The notes beneath the pieces were generated by a model. That model saw only the letters and a list, made by a program, of their open reading frames with translations, had not been told where the DNA came from and did not search any database. Shown in pieces: positions 53,163 through 64,000 of a stretch of DNA of 64,000 nucleotides (positions are counted from its first letter, which is position 1; every line of letters begins with the position of its first letter). The DNA comes from Eledone cirrhosa (lineage: Eukaryota). The stretch is from contig OZ024755.1 of NCBI GenBank assembly GCA_964016885.1, positions 16,802,001-16,866,000 of the forward strand. The letters run 5' to 3'. The position numbers and the translations under genes are program-made.

Positions 53163-53239
<77 letters not shown>

Positions 53240-53534
53240 TAAAAAAACAAAAACAATAACAAAGAGTGCAGTACGAACAGTGTTGGTATTAGATTCACGC
53301 TTGAGAGTTAACAACATGACCCTCCCAAAATATAACAATATATATATATATATAATAACATATTAGAATATATTATAACGAGATGGACGTTTTTCAAGAA
53401 ATAGAAGCACCCCCCCCCCAAAAAAAAAGACGAAAGAAAAAACATTTTTTTTCGAAATGCAAACTAGTGAAATTATTCAACCATTCAAAGGGAAAACACA
53501 TATACAGTCCTCCACACATACAGACACACACACA

Positions 53535-53587
<53 letters not shown>

Positions 53588-53766
53588 CATGGTTATATGA
53601 AAATGAAAAAAAAAACCCACAATGACACACACAACCATATACACACACACACACGCACACAAACATACACATACGCACACACACAACATGGTGGTACGAA
53701 AAAAAAACAAAAGCTTCAATGACCCCATCCCACACACAGACACACACACATGCACACACACACACG

Positions 53767-53835
<69 letters not shown>

Positions 53836-54450
53836 GCACACAAATACACAAACATACAGAGAAGAGCATCAGATCAGACATCCTGTTGTTGCGAGTGCAT
53901 TGGGAAACATTGGAAAGGAAAAACAAAAAAAAACGAACAAACACAAACAAAAAAGGGTAAATATATGGAAACGACACCAAAAAGTATTTCCTATCTAACA
54001 TTCTTAGTATTTTCATAACTAGATAGATGCATACGTGAAGTCACGCCGGTCGTCTGTAGGCGGTTATGTGTAACGGAAACATATGGCTGTTTTATATATT
54101 ATGCACTAAACATACTTGAGTGGACTTGTTTTCTTTTTTAGTGATATTTCTACTCTTCCTTATACCCCATTTACATTTTCAGAGGGTGGAGTCTTTTTTT
54201 TAACTTTCTTCTTCATCAAGAAATGTTACCCCTCTATTAGATTGATACTTCTTCACCTCCTCCATCAACGCATTTACAGCCATCACCATCCCTGCACCAT
54301 CACTGCACCTACACCATACCATCGCCGCCATTTTACCAACATTTACTACCATTCCCTAACTATGGCTATCACTGACATCATCATCAGCTTATCAACACCC
54401 CCTGTAAGTTATTCTGTGTCATTTGGCGCTCACGTGGATGTCAAAGGAGC

Positions 54451-54523
<73 letters not shown>

Positions 54524-54714
54524 GATATTCTGCGTTCTTCGGTTAAAAATATACACGGTCGCTGATGTTTGTCACAACATGTACACCCTTATATACACAA
54601 GCACGCGCACATACACACTCACATACATTCAGACAGAACTTGTGGATTCCCGCTTTTTTTTTCTTCTTTATTCAAAACAACACACTACTGGCTATATATA
54701 TATATCTCTCTCTC

Positions 54715-54785
<71 letters not shown>

Positions 54786-55029
54786 GAAGTTAATATGCCC
54801 GTGGGTACTAAGTACCCCTGGAAATATATAGGTTGTCTATGATTTAAGGTTGTTCTATGGTATTAATTTGACATACCAGAACTATAATATTAAGATAAGC
54901 AGAACAAGCAAAATTCAACCAATTTAAAAAAAAAAATTTAAAAATATAATTTAAATATTTACCTATATTTAAATTATATTTTTTAATTTAAAAAAAAAAA
55001 TTGGTTGAATTTTACTTGTTCTGCTTATC

Positions 55030-55073
<44 letters not shown>

Positions 55074-55506
55074 GCCAATAAGTTGTTATATCATTAGCCA
55101 GCGATGAGTCATTTTTTTTTCAGTACAGCGAGATAAAACCGTCAAGGCGTTAACAAGAAGGCGCTGCTTGCTCTTTTAACCTTCTTAACATTAGAAGTGG
55201 AACTGTAAGATACCTCACTCTAATTTTAAACTGATTTCGACAGATAAAACTGCTGTTGCATGAAACAATTCAATGAGATCTATTTTTAGATACGATTTTA
55301 TATTTATTTCATGTCTCATATTCCAAAGCGTAAATTTCTTGTTTGACTTCATTTCGCGGAAAGAATATTATATTTCAGTATTACACACTTCTCCAAAATG
55401 GCTAATTAATCACAAACTGGCTTTCTCCCTTCCCTAGCAATTATTTCTCTATTCTTCCTCTTCTTACTTTCGTCTATCTTTCTATTTCTTCTTTTATCTC
55501 ATATTC

Positions 55507-55543
55507 TATCTTCTGATGAAAGACTAAACATCCGAAACGTTAA
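55507..55543 (+). ncRNA. Hammerhead motif, stem II mutated (same family as 22097)
   Basis: TCTT-CTGATGA-A-agac-taaac-atcc-GAAAC-GTT-AAGA; (TA)n ~28 nt downstream. Confidence 0.6.
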
Positions 55544-55568
55544 GACACTTTTCCTTCTATATTAAGCG

Positions 55569-55696
<128 letters not shown>

Positions 55697-56012
55697 CGGA
55701 GGGAGGTATAATCCCGACTGCGGCGCAAGGCGGTTTCGGTTTCAGTTTCTGTGTTCAGCAAGCCTTTTACAAGGTGGTAGGTGAATTGGCAGAATCGTTA
55801 GAACGATTGTATTTATTCCGACTCTTCACGTTCAGAGTTCAAAACCAGTTGTGATCAATTTTGCTTTTCATTCATCCTTTCAGAGCTGATAAATAAAGTA
55901 CCAACTAATCTAGGAGCAGTGGATTGGCGGAACTGTTGAAGCATTGGACAGGGTGCTTTACGGCATCCGGTCTGGCTCCGTGTGTTAAAATCTTAAAATC
56001 TTGCCTTCATCT

Positions 56013-56355
56013 GCCAGAAGTTAAAACCGACAGATATCAGCAAGGAAAAAAACAATCGAAACATAGGTGCCTTGGTCCGATCTGAGAATTGGCTCCTTTC
56101 TTTTTGCCAGAAGTTGAAACCGATAGATAGTATCACAAATGGAAACATAGGTGCTTGGTCTGATCTGAGAATCGGCTCCTTTCTTCTGTCAGAAGTTGAA
56201 ACCAGCAAATAGTATAGCAATGGAAAAAACCAATGGAAACATCGGTGCCTTGATTCGATCTGAGCATCGGCTCCTTTCTTATGCCAGAAGTTATAACCGG
56301 CAGATAGGACAGCAATGGAAAAACCAGTGGAAACATAGGTACCTTGGTCCGATCG
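56013..56355. repeat. 82-95-bp tandem repeat, ~3.7 copies, derived from the SINE-A body
   Basis: Units start G(C/T)CAGAAGTT at 56013, 56106, 56188 and 56283; reverse complement matches 478-551. Confidence 0.8.
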
Positions 56356-56454
56356 CCCGACCATCTTTCAAAAACATGAATTAAATTCAGTGAAGTTATG
56401 TACTGTTTCTAGAAAACCATCTGGTTCAGCCTTTTCTATCGACACGGCCAAATT

Positions 56455-57685
56455 TAATTGTTTCTACTTTTGGCACAAGGCCAGCAATTACCCAGTACAT
56501 TACTGGTACTTTATTTTATTGACTCCGTAAGGATGAAAGGCAAAGTTAACCTCGGCGGGATTTTAACTCAGAATGGCAAGGGCCGTAACTCTATGCGTCA
56601 AAGCATGGCGTCCGACGCTCTACCGATACTGCCAATCCACGGCCAAATTTAATGAACCTAAATAATGCACAGGTAGATTAAGATTTTTTGGCAAAGGTAA
56701 ATAAATAAATAAACGTACAAGTAAGTACACGTTTATTTGCAAGTTAACAATAACTTCCACGATTATATACTGGGATTGGTAGAGTAATGGCATCTAACTT
56801 TGGTAGATTGCCAAATATTTTGGGGAAAGAGGAAGTATACTCGATTGAATCGACTATATATAATAATTGTTTCTACTTGTGGCACAAGGCCACACATTAT
56901 CCCAGTACATTACTGGTACTTTATTTTATCGACCCCGTAAGGATGAAAGACAAAGTTAACCTCGGCGGGATTTGAACTCAGACCGTAAAGGGACGTAACT
57001 ATGCTGGAAAGCATGGCGTCCGAATAATGACTTCTGATTTAGGCACAAGTCCAACAATTTCGGGGAAGGAGAAAAGTCGATTAAATCAACCCTAGTGCGT
57101 TACTGGTACTTTATTTTATCAACTGTGGAATGATGAATGACAAAGTTGACCTCAACAGGATTTGAACTCAGAATGTAAATAAACGAAACAAATATCGCAA
57201 TAAATGTTGTGCGATGCTCTAACGATTCTGCCAATATACCTACTTTCGTACTGCCAAGTAATAATTTCTGATTTAAGCACAAGGCCAACAATTTTAGTTG
57301 AGGGGAAAAATTTGTTAAATCGAGCCCAGTGCCTAATTGGTACTTCATTTTATTGACCCCGAAAAGATGAAAAGCAAGGCTAACCTCTGGGATTTGAACT
57401 CAGAACGTAAAGGGACGTAACTATATGCTGCAAAGCATGTTGTCCGATGCTCTCCCGATTCTTCTGCTAATCCTCTGTATGTATATATAATAGTGGTTTC
57501 TGATTTAGGCACAAAGACAACAATTTCGGAGGAGGGGAAAAGTCGATTAAATCAACCCCCAGCGCATTACTGGTATTTTATTTTATCAACTACGGAATGG
57601 CAAAGTTGACCTCAACGGGATTTGAACTCAGAATGTAAAGGGACGTAACTATATACCGCAAAGCGTCTTATCCGACTCTCTACCT
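56455..57685 (-). mobile_element. Pile-up of ~6 co-oriented SINE family B copies; singles at 6440, 11408, 21185, 23010, 24553, 28733, 42095, 49060, 61985
   Basis: Repeated TTACTGGTACTTTATTTTATCGACCCCGTAAGGATGAAAGGCAAAG...GGGATTTGAACTCAGA. Confidence 0.85.
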
Positions 57686-58158
57686 TTTTAACCACTCAGC
57701 CATGCTTGCGACTATTATGAATTTTATTTAATGTATTGTTTGTTACAGAGTTTGGAGCTAAGACTTGTTATTCTGGTCTCTTAATTATTCAGTTATTACC
57801 ATGGATACATTGCATATATTCAATGTTTATGCTATTAGCGGTAATTTGTAGACAAAAAAAAACAGGGCAGTGTCTAAAATTAGATCTGTGCATTTTAACA
57901 GATTTTCTGTCATAATTTATAACGGTTTCTGGGGCCAGCGATTGAGTCTCGTCACGCAGTCACTTGATGTGTTAGAAATAGTAGCCAAATCCCCCTAAAC
58001 ATTCGCCCCACCGTTTAAAAAAAAAAAACGCACATAATATTGTAGTCCTAGGTAGATTAAGTCTGAATAAAACACGAGATGGTCGCGGCTGAAGAAGAAG
58101 CAACGACAACAGCAACATCTGGCATAATTCTTTCTGGCTTACTTTTCTGACATATATA

Positions 58159-58214
<56 letters not shown>

Positions 58215-58459
58215 CGGCGATGAATTAGTTTTGCGAGGTTTTTTATATGAAATCGTGTGTCGAAACAGATATTGTTATACTTGGGGAGGGTCATATTTGT
58301 GTAATATTGCCAGAATTAATAACAGAACACACCCATTGAGGACTGAGTAAGTTAGATTACCGATATAAAAGACAGCGAGAAGCGAAAACCAACCAAACAG
58401 TGAGTGTGTTCTGTTATTAATTCTGGCAATATTACACAAATATGACCCTCCCCAAGTAT

Positions 58460-58518
<59 letters not shown>

Positions 58519-58982
58519 TTTCTCGTTCATGTTAATGCAACAAGGAGTTACCTGACATATGAGGATGACATGGGAAATATGAATGTAAATATAAACACAA
58601 GTGAACGAATACATAGAAAAACATTTGACATATGAGCAAAGATACGAAATAATCTTACTATTGTGTTTTGAGACGGAAAGCAGCCATATCTAGAACATTC
58701 TTGACATATTCACGTCTTACTATGACATACTTTACATATTTACCACACTATTGAAAGTATTACTGCTTCCTCTTTTGTCAACCGAACACACACACTTTAA
58801 AAAGACACGTAGGAGAAATGTAGGAAACAGAAAACTCAGAAGAGACAAGCACATGAACAATTCCAGTTCATTAGCTGTCTTCTGGGGATGCTATATATAT
58901 CACCACCACCCCACTCTCAAGAGCGTGAAACTAATAAACCTTTGTTCGTACTGCCTCTCTGTTTTGTTCCCGTCCAATTTTT

Positions 58983-59052
<70 letters not shown>

Positions 59053-59203
59053 CAAAGAGGGTGTGGTAAGATACCAGGTGGACAATAACGCATTAGAGTA
59101 CTCAATACTTAGGGTAGTAGAGTGGGTAGTATGAAAAGAGTCAAGACCCCGACGGCTGAGCACCGGATGTAGCTGTCGAAACGGCCGGAATCTTTTCATA
59201 TAC

Positions 59204-59243
<40 letters not shown>

Positions 59244-59806
59244 TTATGTGTAAATGTATATCGAACAGGGCAATGCGCTGTGTTTTTGAGCAAGACACTG
59301 TTCACTCAGCTGTAGAAATGAGCTGTGACGTCACTGGTGCCAAGCTGTATCGGAATTTGCTCGCACCCCTTGGACAATATCGGTGGCGTGAAGAAGCACG
59401 ACTGGTAAGCATAGGCAACTGCTGGTCTTCCACGAAAAAAAACCCCAAAACAAAACAAAGAAATGCCCGGGCTTGTGCCAAGAAGGGTAAATTTTTAGGT
59501 GCAATACCCATGTTCATTTGAGATATATATATAAAGACTCAGCCTTCAATATATATATATATATTGAAGGTGGAGTCTTTAAACTCTGACTGAATCTTTA
59601 ACTTCCTGTAGGTTAAATGCACCAGGCCGTTTAGCATATAACTCTATGATGATATATATATATATATATATATATACGTAATTATTATTATTATATTATT
59701 TATGTTCATACACGGGACAAAGGCACGAACAAAGGTTTCAAGGACCAAATTTGACCATACCCCCAGAATGCAAGAATCGTCAAATTAGTGACCTTTCTTC
59801 AGGTGC

Positions 59807-59912
<106 letters not shown>

Positions 59913-60401
59913 ATATATATATATATATATATACACACACACTAATTTGTTGCTTGTGAAATACTCTACAGCTTAGTATTTCCGTATCCGGTCTGGTGTT
60001 TCGCTGTTCTGAATACAAATTACAAAGCAGACGACATTACCGCTCCTCAGGGGATTAATTAAAATAAGTAACTATTCGTGAATGACAGTTTCCTTTTAGT
60101 CTTTTGTCAAATTAAGATTCTAACTATAAGGATTTCTAATGACTGTAATCAGTAAACGAAGAAAGAATAATGTTTTAGTTAGCAAATTAATTTCGTTTTT
60201 TTTTTGTTATTTGAATAACATACACAATATTATAGAGACTTGCCTTTATTGTCTTTATTCATATCTTCAACGTGATTACCATGGTTGGGATGTATCGGCA
60301 TCATGGGAGCCGTTGTAAATATTTTAACCCATCTCGAATGTTGGTATAATTTAAAAAAAAACAAACTTTTGCTAGATCTACAACTGAACAATATATGTGT
60401 A

Positions 60402-60495
<94 letters not shown>

Positions 60496-61564
60496 GACCG
60501 TGAAAAATTGAGGGATTGTTATTTACAACTGAACAATAGGTGTTATATATATATATATATATACATATATATCAACCCATTGTTATTGTGATTATTATTA
60601 TTATTATTATTATTATTAATATATATATATATATATAGATAGATAGATAGAGAGACTGAAACACGACCGTGAAAAATTGAGGCATAGTTATAGAGCACTA
60701 AGGGAAAAAAATGAAAATGGGGTGGGAAAAATGAAAAGAGAATAACATATTTTGTTTGTAACTATATCCTATATCTAGGGGTGTATGGAGAGGATTCAAC
60801 AAGGGAACGGAAAACCTAATTTGTTTATTTTGGCAGAAACATGGCAAAGGTTTCGTTTGTTGTCTGAACTGATGACATTTCGTTTTTCACGGGAATTTAG
60901 GTTTACGAAGCTGGGCTCAACAGTTCATAGGCTAACTATGAAGAAGTGATGCTAGAGCTGGGAAATTTTGCATGCATTGATTTCAACTCTTCTTATTAAT
61001 AACTACATTGTTTCTTTCCAGGGACTATGTTGAAAAATAAACCTCATTTGGTTATTCCATGAGAGTATCTTGGTCAGCCTATAAACCTTTCAACCGATTC
61101 TCTTAGTATAAAATAATTAATAAAGACTTTCCAGAATATGCCACCATCTTTATAATATAGCGTTCCTTAATAAGAAGAGCTGAAATTAATCCACGCAAGA
61201 TTTCACAGCTCTAGCATCACTCCTTCATAGTCAGCCAAAGAACTTTTCAGCCGACTCTCGTATGTCTGTGTGTCACCAATTCTCATTAACTTTATTGCCT
61301 CTGTTAATACCGTTGAGTCGCCATCTTCCTGTTGATGTCTTGTGTAATAGACGCTGTATTTGTGAGCTAAGGGAGTTCTACTTAATATATGATTGGTAGC
61401 TTCTTCATCGATCCATCGATGATGAAAGGATAATTAATTCATCGGCTCTATTTAAGTAGTATTCCGATATTGAATTTTCATAATCTTTTTTATAGTTCCT
61501 TTTTTGTTTGTAAGAAAAAAAAAACTCCTTTATCATCAACAATCAGATAACTCGGCTGGATCTA

Positions 61565-61912
61565 CCGTGTTTCCCTAAAAAAATAAGCACCAGCATGATT
61601 TTTATGTTGCTGTCTAATGTAAGCCCTACCCTGAAAATAAGCCCTACCACAAGTTTTGCGATAAAATATAATATAAAACGCGGATTTTCAGAGTCTCGCT
61701 GATTACTAATATAATAAATTCTTTTAATGATTTGTTTTTAACTCTATAATATACATCCTTTATTTGTTTTATATTTTTGACATCCGTATAACGATACTTT
61801 TATCTCGTACTGTTATTTTTTGTGTGAAGATATAAGCCATACTCCGAAAATAAGCCTGTGTTTTTTTTTTTAGGAAAATAATATGAAATGTCTTTTAATC
61901 GGGGAATCACGG
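61565..61912. mobile_element. pogo/Tc2-like MITE
   Basis: TA|CCGTGTTTCCC...GGGGAATCACGG|TA with internal AAAATAAGCC repeats. Confidence 0.7.
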
Positions 61913-62229
61913 TACCGACTAAAAGGTATCCGTGTGTCGGTTGATGACAAAAAATGGTATTTGTTAAACAACATTACGATTTTTCGTTTAGGTATGGGAC
62001 CAGCAATTTAGGGAAGTGGAGAGTTGATAATATTGACCCTAGTACTTGACTGATGGTGAATGGCTTAGTGGTTAGAGACACATCGTATGCGACTCACTGT
62101 TTGAAATATGTTGCCCATGCCTGGGGAGGGGAGACTTGTATGCATAGGCGACTACTGGTCTTTCACAAAAAAAAATCTTGCCCAGACTTGTGCATTGGAA
62201 GGGATCTCTATTTGACTGATATTTTAATT

Positions 62230-62374
62230 CAGGCGTGGGCAACCTTTTTTGAGCACTGGGCCGCATAAGATATGGCTCATTATAAGGCAAGTTGCGCTAC
62301 TAAAGAATTCAAGGTAATTTTAAAATTAGGTGTGCCATTCAGAAAGCCAAATGGCCACAGTTTACTCATGACTG
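62230..62374. mobile_element. hAT-type MITE nested in a SINE-B copy
   Basis: CAGGCGTGGGCAACCT...AGTTTACTCATGACTG with 8-bp TSD TTTTAATT/GTTTAATT. Confidence 0.6.
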
Positions 62375-62792
62375 GTTTAATTTATCTACCCTGAAAGAAT
62401 GAAAGGCAAAATTGACCTCGGTGGGATTAGAACTCAGAGAGTAGAGAACCTAAACGAATGCCGCAAAGTATTCTAAAGGTTCTGCCAATTCAACGCCTAA
62501 TGGTGTTGATAGGAAAGGTTATATATATTGTCACTTTGAATATGTGAAATGTCAGTCTGCCTCCGATCTATTAAGAAAGCCAGCTTTAACAATTCAAAGA
62601 CTAGCAGACGACAGCAGCCATTCTGTGATGACAATAAACACTCTCAAACATGTCGGCACATGTTTATTGTCTGAATTTATATCTTTACTTCACTAGAATG
62701 ACATGGATTACAGTTATAGTTATTGTTATTGTAAGAAAGATTAGCATTACATATACTTACACACATTGTTATACGTGTATGTGCACGCGTGC

Positions 62793-62901
<109 letters not shown>

Positions 62902-62916
62902 TATATATAAATAAAT

Positions 62917-63056
<140 letters not shown>

Positions 63057-63426
63057 AGTAATTGTATATTACTTCCATCTTCAAGGCATCAACTTTCGTT
63101 GATATACGCCAGAGGCGGAGAACTTTTCGTCATCAATCAAATTTGAAACCAATTGCTGGTGAAGTCTCTAGAAAACCCCACAAAACAAACAAAAACAAAC
63201 ACAAATTGCTGCATACTTATGCATTTGCAAAATGAAAGATTCATCATTTTTCTCAGTTCATTTACGCCCCCACAGGTTTCTGTATACTCGCAATTCGCCC
63301 CTCGTACGACTTACTTTACGCCTATAACACTTGATGATTCATATCTGACTTAAGTATTTTCATTTCAAATTGATTCATATTTTTATCTTCACCACACACA
63401 CACACACACATATATATATATGTATA

Positions 63427-63487
<61 letters not shown>

Positions 63488-63553
63488 AGGTATATATATT
63501 TATATGTAGGTATATATATATATATATATACATAAATACATCTCTCTATATAT

Positions 63554-63687
<134 letters not shown>

Positions 63688-64000
63688 TATAGAATAAAGC
63701 ATGTCCAGAGAATTATTTGATAATATATATACATCATCTCTACTCCCAATCAGCATAATTAACCACGCGAGTCCTTTACTCCGTTGCTTTACTTGACACC
63801 CCCCCCCCACACACATATATATACATATATACATATATACATTTGGCTTTCTTAATAGATCGGAGGCAGACTGACATTTCACATATTCAAAGAAATGATA
63901 GATATAGCCTTTCCTTCATCAAAAAATCACCAGGCATGCTCACTCGAATATAGGATGAGTTTAACCATCAAGATATATATATTATATATATATATATGTA

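Overview
AT-rich, microsatellite-dense eukaryotic DNA. It is probably an octopus/cephalopod genome, inferred from the SINE repertoire and (TA)n load, not proven. Nearly all ORFs in the track are microsatellite artefacts. Real content: (1) the last six coding exons of SCFD1/Sly1 on + (11974-19780); (2) two partial pseudogenic copies of a divergent beta-tubulin (26955-27475, 31622-32182); (3) degenerate interstitial (TTAGGG)n at 39605-40020 and a 107-bp satellite; (4) a 12-gene intronless tRNA-Arg(TCT) array (42436-47556) with a ~1.48-kb three-gene higher-order repeat and inverted outer flanks; (5) many SINEs, LINE fragments and MITEs. The most interesting signal is a set of short non-coding elements at (TA)n tracts carrying minimal type-I hammerhead ribozyme motifs of the Penelope-like pLTR type. 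One young family is a perfect 56-bp-arm hairpin that keeps only the GAAA/stem III/GUC half of a hammerhead. Many fold-back palindromes are also anchored on (TA)n.
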